A stretch of 44,740 bases of DNA. Origin: Candidatus Moraniibacteriota bacterium. GTDB taxonomy: Bacteria; Patescibacteriota; Minisyncoccia; Moranbacterales; UBA1568. Each line of letters starts with the position of its first letter. The stretch's first letter is position 1. Shown here one piece after another: positions 28,782 to 38,865 of this stretch. The stretch lies in assembly GCA_903859375.1 (NCBI GenBank), contig CAIOMK010000022.1, positions 1 through 44,740 of the forward strand. Reading direction: 5' to 3'. The position numbers and the translations under genes were made by a program. A model generated the notes under the pieces. That model saw only the letters and a program-made list of their open reading frames with translations. It did not search any database and was not told where the DNA came from.

Positions 28782-29294
28782 TCAAAGAAGTTTTGCCATC
28801 GAATATTTCCCTCTGTCTCCGACACGCCCGCTACCGATCTCATCAAGGGAAATCTGCTTTCCGGTTTCGGCATCGATTCCGAAGAATCTGATATCCCTAC
28901 CGCCTACGAGCATCCGTATCGCTCCGACATTCTCTTCGCGACACACTTCGGCACAGCTCTCTCCTTCATAAAGGAATCCGACATGCCATTCACTCACATC
29001 CGAGGACGGCTTGAGAACCACATAGTTCCTCCAGCCTCCGAAGATCGGCATATGACATTTCAAGCCCGAACAGGATTCCCCAGGAATCCCTGATCGGAAA
29101 ACCATCAGCTCGTTATCGAGATCAAAGGTCTTGGATTGGGAAAGTTTCATGTAATTCAACGGTCCGATACCGCTTTTGGGCTCTTCCCAAACCGTTCCCG
29201 AAACGATGTGCATGGGCAACCTCATAACGAGACAGGCAAGTCTGGCGACCGGACCCAAGGGGTCTACGTGTATAACTGCGTTTTTCTGTTCCAT
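28782..29294 (-). CDS. Hypothetical protein
   Basis: 170-aa ORF with GGAGG SD, consensus promoter upstream and a hairpin at 28747-28776 downstream. Confidence 0.7.
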   Translation of the reverse strand: MEQKNAVIHVDPLGPVARLACLVMRLPMHIVSGTVWEEPKSGIGPLNYMKLSQSKTFDLDNELMVFRSGIPGESCSGLKCHMPIFGGWRNYVVLKPSSDVSEWHVGFLYEGESCAEVCREENVGAIRMLVGGRDIRFFGIDAETGKQISLDEIGSGRVGDRGKYSMAKLL

Positions 29295-29347
29295 CTGAAA
29301 CCTCCCGGACTGATTGGTTGATTGATTCCTCTTTTTTAATGATGCTC

Positions 29348-29376
29348 ATTATATATCAAAAAAAGAAAAAAGTCAA
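29348..29376 (-). promoter_or_regulatory. Sigma70-type promoter TTGACT-N17-TATAAT
   Basis: agtcaa at 29371-76 and attata at 29348-53 on the plus strand. Confidence 0.75.
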
Positions 29377-29384
29377 TATCATGA

Positions 29385-30412
29385 GGTAATGTGTACACAC
29401 ATATGGCGGTTTTGCTAGGCTCTGGGGTTATTCCCTCATCCTGGCCCTATGTCCATCCATATGTCAGAAACCATACAGGAAGAGAGATCGAGGTGGGTTC
29501 TCCCGATCGTCGAGGGTGAGCTGAAACTTTGTGACGTGGCAACGGTCTGTCCATATGGGAAACGGACCCTGGAGCGATGGGTTGCGGCATACCGTGGAGG
29601 AGGCAAAGAAGCACTCATACCGAAATCAACCAGACCGAAGACGTCACCGAACGAGACCCCGATCCATATCAAGGAGCGGGTCATATCACTCAGGAAGAAA
29701 ACCGGTCTCTGTGCGAAGAAATTGTCCTGGAAATTGGAAAAGGAAGGAATCGTGATACAGGAACGAGTGGTCGGGAAGATCATCAAAGAAGAAGGGCTCG
29801 TCCGGACATACCGGGTTAGAAAAGTGAAGACGAAGTATGTGAAGATCTCGCTTCAGCCCGGAGAGCTGGTCGAGATCGACGTGAAGTATGTGCCTGGAAC
29901 CATCATGGAACGGTCGTATTTCCAGTATACGGCCATCGACTGCTCATCAAGGTGGCGATACCTTCTCGCGTATGAGGAAATGAACATCGGCAACTCAATA
30001 CGGTTCCTGGAATCGGTCCTCTCCGTCTTCCCGCATCGTATACGGTCCGTGAAGACGGACAACGGGTCGATATTCACCAACTACTATCTCGGGACGAACA
30101 AACGGAGCGACATGACTGTGAAGACGATTCACGCGTTCGATATCTTCTGCCAGAATCAGGGTATCATTCACTACCTGATCGATCCCGGGAAACCGGCCCA
30201 GAACGGAAAGGTCGAGCGCAGTCACCGGGAAGACCAAGAGAAGTTCTATGAGAAGAATACCTTCTCTTCGTTTGTGGACTTGCAAAAGAAGATGAGACGG
30301 TGGAATATGTACTACAACGATCTTGAGCACTGCGGATTGAACGGAAAGAGTCCGAACGAATTTCTGAAAGAATTCGAATTAATCAATCCGCCATATGTGT
30401 GTACCTAAAACA
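29385..30412 (+). mobile_element. IS481-family insertion sequence
   Basis: Terminal inverted repeats share the 17-bp core GTACACACATATGGCGG. The right end is ...TAAAACA and ATGA flanks both sides. Confidence 0.9.
29449..30408 (+). CDS. IS481-family DDE transposase
   Basis: HTH region, then VEIDVK, TAIDCSSRW, KTDNGS.F, P.QNGKVERSH. Confidence 0.93.
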   Translation: MSIHMSETIQEERSRWVLPIVEGELKLCDVATVCPYGKRTLERWVAAYRGGGKEALIPKSTRPKTSPNETPIHIKERVISLRKKTGLCAKKLSWKLEKEGIVIQERVVGKIIKEEGLVRTYRVRKVKTKYVKISLQPGELVEIDVKYVPGTIMERSYFQYTAIDCSSRWRYLLAYEEMNIGNSIRFLESVLSVFPHRIRSVKTDNGSIFTNYYLGTNKRSDMTVKTIHAFDIFCQNQGIIHYLIDPGKPAQNGKVERSHREDQEKFYEKNTFSSFVDLQKKMRRWNMYYNDLEHCGLNGKSPNEFLKEFELINPPYVCT

Positions 30413-31232
30413 ATGAAACCGATCGGCGTCGGCCGAGATATTCATCGCGTTCCCCTTCCGACAACCGCTCGATCGCATAGCGGAGCATGGTGCGGGGCAT
30501 GCGTGCGGAATGAGTATCGAGAAAATTACAAAGTACTTTCTCGTCGCGCTTGCCGACCTCGCGAAGCATCCAGCCGGTCGCCTTGTGGATCAGGTCATGT
30601 GTGTCGTCGAGAAGCATCTCACAGATCGCGAGCGTCTCATCGAACTGTCCGACACGGATGAACGCGAAAGTCGAGACGATCGCGATGCGACGCTCCCACA
30701 AATTACCCGACTCCGCTAATCGATACAGAATTTCTCGGCTGTTCCGATCCACTTTCGTACCTTTTCCCTTTCCTGCTCCCCTTTCGGAGGGAAGTTCCTG
30801 AGCCTGCTTGTCACGTCGTTCGCGAACGACGTGATGGACTGAGGGGTGTGTATGCAAAAGATAGTCCCCGATGATCTTCGGCGCGATCACGTCGACGAGG
30901 TCCCAATTGTTCATTGCATGAATATGTGCGAGCAGGAAATCATATATCTTTTTTTTCTTTTCCTTGTCCGCACTCTCATATGTATACGTCAAGATGAGCA
31001 ATCCGGTCAGGCGCGCCTCGTGATACGGACTCGCGAGCAATGTTTCTATTTCCGAGAACGGCAGATCGCGGAATTCCTTCGCGATCCTGCGCTCTTCGGG
31101 CACGACCACACCGAGGAAGATGTCCCCTTCGCCATACTGCCCTTTCCCCGTCTTGAAAAACCCCGAGAGCAGTTTCGCTTTCTCCGGCGTCCCGACTTTC
31201 TTCAATCGTTTCAGTATTTCCGATGCGGACAT
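30405..31232 (-). CDS. AlkD-like DNA alkylation repair protein with a ~35-aa insertion
   Basis: FFKTGKGQYGEGD.FLG, NNWDLVD, LWERRIAIVST, HDLIHKATGWMLRE.GKRD, MPRTMLRYAIE. Confidence 0.92.
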   Translation of the reverse strand: MSASEILKRLKKVGTPEKAKLLSGFFKTGKGQYGEGDIFLGVVVPEERRIAKEFRDLPFSEIETLLASPYHEARLTGLLILTYTYESADKEKKKKIYDFLLAHIHAMNNWDLVDVIAPKIIGDYLLHTHPSVHHVVRERRDKQAQELPSERGAGKGKGTKVDRNSREILYRLAESGNLWERRIAIVSTFAFIRVGQFDETLAICEMLLDDTHDLIHKATGWMLREVGKRDEKVLCNFLDTHSARMPRTMLRYAIERLSEGERDEYLGRRRSVSLF

Positions 31233-31237
31233 ATATA

Positions 31238-32404
31238 TCAGACGGAAGACGGATCGGCCGTCTCGAACCGCTTCCTCTTGACGAACAGTATCGCAAGCAA
31301 CGCCGTGATCGACACGATCGGCAGGAAAAACATCAGTTTCGGATCGGACACGACGAGGAGCAACACCCCGAACATGACCAATCTTCCGAGTACCGTCGGG
31401 ATCTCGCGGATGATGAGAAATTCCTCTTCATCGTCACCTTTGATTTTCCGATAGATCATGCCGAAATAGGAAACGAGGAAGAATGTCATCACAAATGAGG
31501 CAATCAGGGAAATGGAGTATGCCAATACCGGCTCGTGCACGAAGAATCGCGCCACCCAGATCACGATCAGTCCTATCGAGGCGATGGGAACGAGTTTTTC
31601 CGCGTTCCGATTCGCACGCTTTCCGATCAGGACGGCGAAGAGCGCTCCACCGAGCGATTCCAATCCGCCGACGATACCCGGAACAGAGAGTGACCCGATG
31701 ATAAGGAACACGAAGATTCCCCAGAACCACTCCGACTCCTCGATGATGTTGTCGAGCCCTTCCAATGTGAATAATAATTTGCGTTTCCACAACGTTTTCC
31801 ATGCGTTACGCATATCAATTTCAATTTTGAAACCGTCATCGGGAATTCCCACGAGCGGGAGGGATGAGAAAATCAGACCGATGCAGGCGACCGCGAACAT
31901 CGGCCAGAACCCGAACATCGGGATAAGGAGTGCGGATACGAGCGGACCGACGACACCGAACACTTTCGGGAGCGCGAAGAACATTCCGAGGTCACTCCCC
32001 ATCTTCTCCTTGTCGGAATATTTCACGAGCAGGATATTGAGCGGCATCCAATAGACGAAGGTTGCGCTGCCGCCGATCACGGCGATGAGAACCCACGGGA
32101 TGGAAAAGGTCGGCATCAGATTCAGGAGCACGAGACTGATGACCTGAAGCGGATATGAGAATCGAAGTGTCTTGATGAGACCGAACCGTCGCATGGACCA
32201 TGGACAGAAAAGAAGACCGATAGGAAGCCCGACGAGATGGAATACGGTGAAGAACAATATCATCTCCGAAAGTGAGAAGCCGTGTGTCAACAGGAAGGCC
32301 GGGATATAGATACTGACGAACGAAAGGGAGACCGATGTCATCGCATTCGATACCTGAACCCGACGGATATCGCGATCGAACGCGATGCCGAATATTTTTT
32401 TCAT
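31238..32404 (-). CDS. MFS transporter
   Basis: About 12 hydrophobic segments arranged in two halves. Confidence 0.8.
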   Translation of the reverse strand: MKKIFGIAFDRDIRRVQVSNAMTSVSLSFVSIYIPAFLLTHGFSLSEMILFFTVFHLVGLPIGLLFCPWSMRRFGLIKTLRFSYPLQVISLVLLNLMPTFSIPWVLIAVIGGSATFVYWMPLNILLVKYSDKEKMGSDLGMFFALPKVFGVVGPLVSALLIPMFGFWPMFAVACIGLIFSSLPLVGIPDDGFKIEIDMRNAWKTLWKRKLLFTLEGLDNIIEESEWFWGIFVFLIIGSLSVPGIVGGLESLGGALFAVLIGKRANRNAEKLVPIASIGLIVIWVARFFVHEPVLAYSISLIASFVMTFFLVSYFGMIYRKIKGDDEEEFLIIREIPTVLGRLVMFGVLLLVVSDPKLMFFLPIVSITALLAILFVKRKRFETADPSSV

Positions 32405-32405
32405 A

Positions 32406-33800
32406 TCAATACTCAAACAACATCCGTACAAGCAACCGCACCGGCGCGCCGGCCGCACCCTTGGCGAGATATTCCCCCTCGACCGCTGTCATACGCGGAG
32501 CGATATCGAGATGCACCCACGGGTATCCGTCCGCGAACTGTTTGAGAAACGATGCCGCGGTGATCGCCCCGCCCCAGCGCGTCTTACCGAGATTCGCCAC
32601 GTCGCCGAAGGTTCCCTTGATCTCCTCGTCGTATTCGTCCCACAAAGGAAGCGGCCAGACGAAATCACCGCTCTCTTCGCCCCATGACCTGAACCGTCGT
32701 TCCATCTCCTCGTTTTTCGTGAACAGCGCCGAGGCACGTTCACCGAGCGCGACGAGCGCCGCACCGGTCAAGGTCGCCACGTCCACCACGACTTTCGGGG
32801 AAAAGCGTTTCGCATACGTGAGCGCGTCCGCCAGGATGATTCGTCCTTCCGCATCCGTATTGCGCACCTCGATCGTCTTGCCGGACATCGAACGGAGTAT
32901 GTCTCCGGGACGATAGCTCGAACCCGACGGCATATTTTCGACCGCCGGCACGAGTGCGACGATATTCCGTTTGATACCGAGTCGGGCTGCCGCGGCAACC
33001 GCATGCAACACCGCAGCGCCTCCGGACATATCCATATTCATACCATCGGAAATAGCGGCATCCGGCTTGAGGTTCAGTCCGCCCGTATCGAAGGTGACCC
33101 CTTTGCCGACCAGGACGATCGGCTGCTCGCCTTTCTTCCCACCCGCGTATTCGAGCACGATAAAACGAGGCTCTTCGGAAGATCCTTTGCCGACACCGAG
33201 TACGCCACCCATACCGAGCCGGGTCATCTCCGCCACACCGAGCACTTTCACTTTTGACTTCTCTCCGATCCGTTTCGCGATCTTCACCGCCTCGTCGGAG
33301 AGCGTCTTCGGCGTCGCATCGCTTCCGGGCAGGTTCGCGAGCCGTCGGCACGCGTTTGTCTCCTCTCCGATTATTTTTCCGCGAATCAATCCCGCTTTCA
33401 CTTCTTTCGTATCGGCATCCGACAAGACGATTTCTTTCACGTCGACCCAACCGCCTTCCGGCACCGAGCGGAATTCACGATGTTCATATCCGGCCATCTC
33501 CGCATTCACCGAAAATATCTCGGCGAGTTCACCGTCGCCCAGTCCGAGATGGGGAAATCTGAACGTGGAAAAATCGAAGGCGATCCGTTCCGCCTTTCTC
33601 GCTTTGGCAGACATCACCATCCGCCGTGGCAGCAACAGGAGTTTCCGACGAGTCATCTCATCACGATTCCCGAGACCGAGTATGATTTCGATCGATCCGT
33701 CCGACAGACGGACGGTCTCGTCCTCTTTCGCATCCGACACGGTCAAAAGTGCGACTCCCGACGGTATTTTCTTCCCTTTCCCACGTACGGTATATTTCAT
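32406..33800 (-). CDS. pepA: Leucyl aminopeptidase (M17)
   Basis: VGKGVTFDTGG, DMSGGA, NTDAEGRIILAD, ATLTGA, WVHLDIA. Start placed at MKYTVRG. Confidence 0.95.
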   Translation of the reverse strand: MKYTVRGKGKKIPSGVALLTVSDAKEDETVRLSDGSIEIILGLGNRDEMTRRKLLLLPRRMVMSAKARKAERIAFDFSTFRFPHLGLGDGELAEIFSVNAEMAGYEHREFRSVPEGGWVDVKEIVLSDADTKEVKAGLIRGKIIGEETNACRRLANLPGSDATPKTLSDEAVKIAKRIGEKSKVKVLGVAEMTRLGMGGVLGVGKGSSEEPRFIVLEYAGGKKGEQPIVLVGKGVTFDTGGLNLKPDAAISDGMNMDMSGGAAVLHAVAAAARLGIKRNIVALVPAVENMPSGSSYRPGDILRSMSGKTIEVRNTDAEGRIILADALTYAKRFSPKVVVDVATLTGAALVALGERASALFTKNEEMERRFRSWGEESGDFVWPLPLWDEYDEEIKGTFGDVANLGKTRWGGAITAASFLKQFADGYPWVHLDIAPRMTAVEGEYLAKGAAGAPVRLLVRMLFEY

Positions 33801-33852
33801 AGGATTCCGATTAATAGCGATTCCATTGTACCCGCGAACGTATGAAACATGC

Positions 33853-33881
33853 AAAAAAAAGCAGCCGTCGGTACCGGCTGC
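33853..33881 (-). terminator. Intrinsic terminator
   Basis: gcagccg/cggctgc stem plus U8. Confidence 0.7.
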
Positions 33882-33895
33882 CATGATATGCGCTC

Positions 33896-34237
33896 CTATA
33901 TGGATGCTCTTATTTTCCGATCCGCAAGGATCCAACAATAAAACGACCGTATGAATTCCTGTCCCGATCTCACCACTTTGGCCGTGAGACAGACAAAATA
34001 ATCTTCCGAATTGTCTCCTTCCGGCACGACGACTCCCTCGAGAACGAGGGTTCCCTGAGACATGCTCGCATGGGAGGTCTCAAGATCGAATGTGAAGTCC
34101 CCTTCCTTGCCATTCTCCTGATTGGCATGGTATTCGCCGAGAAATTCTTTATTGTGCCTGAAAAATTCCCGCGTCGCGGCCGCGAAAATATCCTTGATTT
34201 CTTTACCGTTCACTACTGACTCCGTCTGTTTATGCAT
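33896..34237 (-). CDS. Hypothetical protein
   Basis: 113-aa ORF followed directly by a terminator. Confidence 0.55.
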   Translation of the reverse strand: MHKQTESVVNGKEIKDIFAAATREFFRHNKEFLGEYHANQENGKEGDFTFDLETSHASMSQGTLVLEGVVVPEGDNSEDYFVCLTAKVVRSGQEFIRSFYCWILADRKIRASI

Positions 34238-34515
34238 TTTAAGAAACTATCATGTCACTCAATCGGCATCCTTTTTCCCCATCATCGTCCGAGGAGACCG
34301 CTCCCCGCGAAATCTTGTGATCCACGGAGAAAATTCCACTCAGATAGTACTAGCACCCCGGAAGGAAACAGTCAAAAGGAAACCCGCCCCATACGACTCG
34401 GCTACAAGAAAAACAATCCGGGGTTTTTCCTTCTCCAGCAGACAGTCATCCTCCCCGTATGCAGTCTCTTGGTGTTATCGACCTTCATCCGCGATAGAAC
34501 GGTTCCACTGATATT

Positions 34516-35763
34516 CTAGGATTCCGTAAATCGTAGATATTTCTTGCCCTTGAGCCGTTTCGGCAGATAGTCCTGTTCGGCGGATTCCGAATCCTTAAAA
34601 TCAGGCGTGTATTTGTATCCCTTGCCGTAGCCGACGTCCTTCATGAGTTTCGTCGGGGCGTTGCGCAGATGGATCGGAACCGGATCGTTCGGCAGTTCGC
34701 GGATATCGTCCTTCACGTTTCCATAGCCGACATAGAGCGCGTTGGACTTCTTGGATTTGGCGAGATAGACGACCGCCTGCGCGAGCGCGAGCTCACATTC
34801 GGGCATGCCGATGTACTGACAGGCCTGATATGCCGCGATCGCCTGCGGGAGTGCGAACGAATTGGCCAGTCCCACGTCCTCGGATGCGAATCGTACGAGC
34901 CGTCGCGCCACGAAGAGAGGGTCTTCCCCCGCCTCGAGCATCCGCCCGAGCCAGTAGAGCGCCGCGTCCGCATCGCCACCGCGAAGAGACTTGTGCAGGG
35001 CCGAAATGATATTGTAATGTTCCTCGCCGGTCTTGTCGTACAAGAGGTTCGGTCGCTGAAGGATTTCCTTGACCGTCTCACCGGCGATATGATCCGATTC
35101 GGATGCGGCCGCATCGAGCGTCCCGAGTGCTATGCGCGCATCGCCTCCCGCGAAACGTATGATGAGCGCGACCGCTTCATCCGTCGCCTCGATTCCCCGA
35201 CCACCGAGACCTCGATCCGGATCCGAGAGTGCCTTGCGAACGATTTCCCCGACCGCCTCATCGGTAAGCTTCTCGAGGATGAAGACTCTTGCCCGCGACA
35301 AAAGCGCCGCGTTGACCTCGAAGCTCGGGTTCTCGGTCGTCGCGCCGATAAGCGTCACCGTCCCGTGTTCGACGTGTGGCAAAAGGGCATCCTGTTGTGA
35401 CTTGTTCCACCGGTGGATCTCATCGAGGAACAGGATGGTCCGCTTGCCGTCCGCCCGTGATTTCTCGGCGGTCGCGATTATTTCGCGAAGTTCCTTGATC
35501 CCGCTCGTGACCGCGGACAATGAAAGGAACTCCGCCTGCGTCTCACGGGCTATGATGGTGGCGAGCGTCGTCTTGCCACTCCCCGGAGGACCCCAGAGGA
35601 TGATCGACGGCACGGAGTCCCCCTCGATCGCCTTGCGCAAAAAAGTCCCCTCGCCGACGAGCGAAGACTGCCCGAGAAATTCCTCGAGTGTCCGCGGCCG
35701 CATCCGATCTGGTAGCGGCACATTCCGGTCCTGTTTCTTCCCTGTTCGTATAGACACGGTCAT
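34516..35763 (-). CDS. rarA: Replication-associated recombination protein RarA/MgsA
   Basis: MRPRTL, WGPPGSGKTT, DEIHRWNK.QQD.LLP, ATTENP, SALHKSLRG, EDVGLA. Confidence 0.96.
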   Translation of the reverse strand: MTVSIRTGKKQDRNVPLPDRMRPRTLEEFLGQSSLVGEGTFLRKAIEGDSVPSIILWGPPGSGKTTLATIIARETQAEFLSLSAVTSGIKELREIIATAEKSRADGKRTILFLDEIHRWNKSQQDALLPHVEHGTVTLIGATTENPSFEVNAALLSRARVFILEKLTDEAVGEIVRKALSDPDRGLGGRGIEATDEAVALIIRFAGGDARIALGTLDAAASESDHIAGETVKEILQRPNLLYDKTGEEHYNIISALHKSLRGGDADAALYWLGRMLEAGEDPLFVARRLVRFASEDVGLANSFALPQAIAAYQACQYIGMPECELALAQAVVYLAKSKKSNALYVGYGNVKDDIRELPNDPVPIHLRNAPTKLMKDVGYGKGYKYTPDFKDSESAEQDYLPKRLKGKKYLRFTES

Positions 35764-35971
35764 GTTCCTGTCCGATTATCCGAAAACCCTTATTCCATTC
35801 ATTTTTCCCAGTGTCCCTGTTCCCATTGAAAATTGAGAATTGTCAGCCAAAGGCTGATCACCATCTGGATGAAGAATTGATCATTGGCTTCTGTCTCCGT
35901 TCCCGTTCGCCTTTCGTATTCCGCCTTTTGCAATTGGTTGCGCCCCTTCGGAACACTGTCGGGACGTTCCG

Positions 35972-36265
35972 TTACTCGGTACCATTCTCAACCGGCACTG
36001 CCGGAGTCGGAGTGACCGAATTCCAATCATAGGGATTCTTGAAAATATAACTTTCCTCCGCCTTCTCCCTACAGAACTCGTACGCGCGATCGGAAAGCTG
36101 CTCGGTCTTGACGCAGTTGATCCAAGTGTTCAGATCAAGTATGTTGCTCTCACGGAAATGGACATATTGACCGAACGCATAACTCACGCTGAAAATGAGC
36201 GCGGCGACGGCCAACATACCTTTGAGTATCCGGTCGATCAGGATTTTCTTTTCTATTTTGTCCAT
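35972..36265 (-). CDS. Small membrane-anchored hypothetical protein
   Basis: One TM, a Cys pair and a Pro-rich tail. Confidence 0.6.
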   Translation of the reverse strand: MDKIEKKILIDRILKGMLAVAALIFSVSYAFGQYVHFRESNILDLNTWINCVKTEQLSDRAYEFCREKAEESYIFKNPYDWNSVTPTPAVPVENGTE

Positions 36266-36430
36266 ATGTTTGCAAAACGATTTTATACCAGGAAACATAC
36301 ACCAGAACCGGTACGTCCGCAAGATTTCTTCTCCGTCGGCAACCCGGAACCGAACCGATTCCGTTCACTGTTTCATGTCATGATTTCAGATTTCTGGAGG
36401 TGCATATGCGCGTTCATCCGTTCCGAATGA

Positions 36431-38275
36431 TCATTCGACTGTCACCGATTTGGCAAGGTTGCGCGGACGGTCCACATCGCGACCGAGCGTCACGGCCGTA
36501 TGATACGCGATCAATTGAAGCGGGATGACGGCGAGCAATGCCACGACGAATTCGTCGGCGACCGGAATGGATATTGATCGGTCGGCAAGCGCGGCAGTCG
36601 CCGTATCCCCTTCGGTGACGACCGCGGTCACGTTGGCACGACGAGCCTTCATCTCCTGTATGCTCCCGACGATCTTGTCGTGCGTCTCGCTTTCCGGTGC
36701 GACCGCGATCACGGGAGTCCCGTCTTCGATGAGCGCTATCGGGCCATGTTTCATCTCACCAGCAGGATACCCTTCGGCATGGATATACGTGATTTCCTTG
36801 AGTTTGAGCGCGCCCTCGAGTGCGACAGGATAGCAGACACCTCGACCGAGATAGAACGCGTCGCCTGATTTCGCGATTTCCTTCGCGATTTCCTTGCACT
36901 CTTCACGTTTCGCGAGTGCCGTCTTCACCTTCTCCGGAATGGCCAAAAGTTCCTTGGCAAGCCGGATCAGTTCCGTGTCCGACAGTGTCTTGCGTCTCTT
37001 TGCGAGCGCGAGCGTGATGAGTGAGAGCACGGTCACCTGTGCGGTGAACGCCTTGGTCGACGCGACGCCGATTTCGGGACCAGCATGCGTGTATATACCT
37101 GCCACCGTCTCACGCGCGATGGACGAACCGACGACATTGCAGATGCCGAGCACGGTCGCACCGGATTCCTTGGCGAGCCGAATCGCAGCAAGCGTGTCCG
37201 CCGTCTCACCGGACTGCGACACCGCGAACACGAAGTCATGTTTGCGGATGAGAGGATGGCGATACCGGAATTCCGAGGCGTATTCCACCTCGACTGGAAT
37301 ACCCGCATAGCGTTCGATGAGGTACTCACCGAGAATCGCTGCATAAAAAGATGTCCCGCACGCGACGAATATGATACGGTCGGCCTCGGCAAGCCGATCG
37401 ATATGATCGCGGAGTCCGCCGAGCCGCACTTCGCCCGTCTCGGGATCAAGTCGGCCTCGCATGCTGTCGAGGATGGTTTTGGGCTGTTCGAAAATTTCTT
37501 TTTCCATGAAGTGTTCGAATCCTTCCTTACCGATGGATTCGAGCTCCGCCTCTATTTCCGTGATGACCGGATTCCGCTCTTCTCTTCCGTCAATCGCCGA
37601 AACGAGGAGATCTTCGCCTCTTTTCAATACAGCCATCTCCCCTTCGTCGAGATAGACGACTTTGCGGGTATATTCCGCGACAGCGGTCGCATCGGAAGCG
37701 ATGAAAAATTCTCCGTCACCGATACCGACCACGAGAGGGCTTCCTTTGCGTGCGACGACGACGATATCGGGGTCATTCGTCGATATCGCAGCGATGGCAT
37801 ACGCGCCCACGACCTCGCGGAGTGCGAGGCGGACCGCTTCCGGAAACGTCACGCCGGTTTTCTTGCCGATATGTTCGATCAGGTGTGCCACGGACTCGGT
37901 ATCAGTGTCACTCCCGAACCGGTAGCCGTTCCGTTCGAGTTCGGCACGGAGCTGACGGTAGTTCTCGATGATGCCGTTGTGCACGATGGCGACGGACCCG
38001 TCCTGCGAAACGTGCGGGTGTGAATTACGATCGCTCGGCTCGCCGTGCGTCGCCCACCGCGTATGGCCGATACCGACCGCTCCCGAAACGTCCTTGCCGG
38101 TCGTGAACAGAGCGAGGTCCGCCACCTTGCCCTGCCGTTTGTACGTCCGTATACCCTTGTCATCGCACAGGGACACACCGGCGCTATCATATCCGCGATA
38201 CTCGAGACGCGACAATCCGCCCATAAGGATCGGGTAGGCTTCCTTCTTTCCGATATAGCCGACTATTCCGCACAT
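36431..38275 (-). CDS. glmS: Glutamine--fructose-6-phosphate aminotransferase, copy 1
   Basis: MCGIVG, HTRWATHG, SQSGETAD, KHGPIALI, PRNLAKSVTVE. Confidence 0.98.
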   Translation of the reverse strand: MCGIVGYIGKKEAYPILMGGLSRLEYRGYDSAGVSLCDDKGIRTYKRQGKVADLALFTTGKDVSGAVGIGHTRWATHGEPSDRNSHPHVSQDGSVAIVHNGIIENYRQLRAELERNGYRFGSDTDTESVAHLIEHIGKKTGVTFPEAVRLALREVVGAYAIAAISTNDPDIVVVARKGSPLVVGIGDGEFFIASDATAVAEYTRKVVYLDEGEMAVLKRGEDLLVSAIDGREERNPVITEIEAELESIGKEGFEHFMEKEIFEQPKTILDSMRGRLDPETGEVRLGGLRDHIDRLAEADRIIFVACGTSFYAAILGEYLIERYAGIPVEVEYASEFRYRHPLIRKHDFVFAVSQSGETADTLAAIRLAKESGATVLGICNVVGSSIARETVAGIYTHAGPEIGVASTKAFTAQVTVLSLITLALAKRRKTLSDTELIRLAKELLAIPEKVKTALAKREECKEIAKEIAKSGDAFYLGRGVCYPVALEGALKLKEITYIHAEGYPAGEMKHGPIALIEDGTPVIAVAPESETHDKIVGSIQEMKARRANVTAVVTEGDTATAALADRSISIPVADEFVVALLAVIPLQLIAYHTAVTLGRDVDRPRNLAKSVTVE

Positions 38276-38282
38276 ATGATTC

Positions 38283-38855
38283 TTATTCGAGGATTACCGC
38301 CCCTTGGCGAATGACATGCCATCCACCGCTTTCAATCCTGGCGATTGTCGATGGCAAACCGGCCCGTCGACCGCCGTCAACGACAAATTCCGCATCCGAG
38401 TCGAAATAGGCAACGGCCTCTTCCGTCGTTTCAGCCGGACGTTCGCCGGCCGGATTGGCAGAGGGTGCTATGACCGGACCCGCTTCGCAAAGAAACGCAC
38501 GGAGCCGATCGTCTGCCGGCACACGGAACGCGACTGTCCCCGTCCCACGATGCAGGTATTCCCACTTCGCGCCGTCGCACGGCAAGACGACACTCATCGC
38601 CCCAGGCCACACCGTGCCGAGCAATCGTGATGTCGCCTCATCCGGTACGATATCGAACAAGGCGAGATCGCCGACCCCGGCTATCAGCACGATGCACGGC
38701 TTTTCGGTCCCGCGTCCACGTATCGCGTAGACCCGCTCGACTGCTTCTGAAATCATCGCGGACGCAACGAGTCCATACAGGGTATCGGTCGGAATGATAC
38801 CGACCCGACCCATACGTACGTGCCCTACCGCTTCTGTCAGCGTCATTGTTTTCAT
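38283..38855 (-). CDS. tsaC: Threonylcarbamoyl-AMP synthase (TsaC/YrdC)
   Basis: PTDTLYGL, WPG, AFRVP, PSANPAG, PSTI, RQG. Confidence 0.9.
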   Translation of the reverse strand: MKTMTLTEAVGHVRMGRVGIIPTDTLYGLVASAMISEAVERVYAIRGRGTEKPCIVLIAGVGDLALFDIVPDEATSRLLGTVWPGAMSVVLPCDGAKWEYLHRGTGTVAFRVPADDRLRAFLCEAGPVIAPSANPAGERPAETTEEAVAYFDSDAEFVVDGGRRAGLPSTIARIESGGWHVIRQGAVILE

Positions 38856-38865
38856 AGCGGTTCCA

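Noticed and set aside
34240-34515. tRNA or other ncRNA in the spacer downstream of rarA
   Set aside because: No cloverleaf or T-loop motif. Only weak hairpins and possibly decayed CCCCGTA-type remnants.
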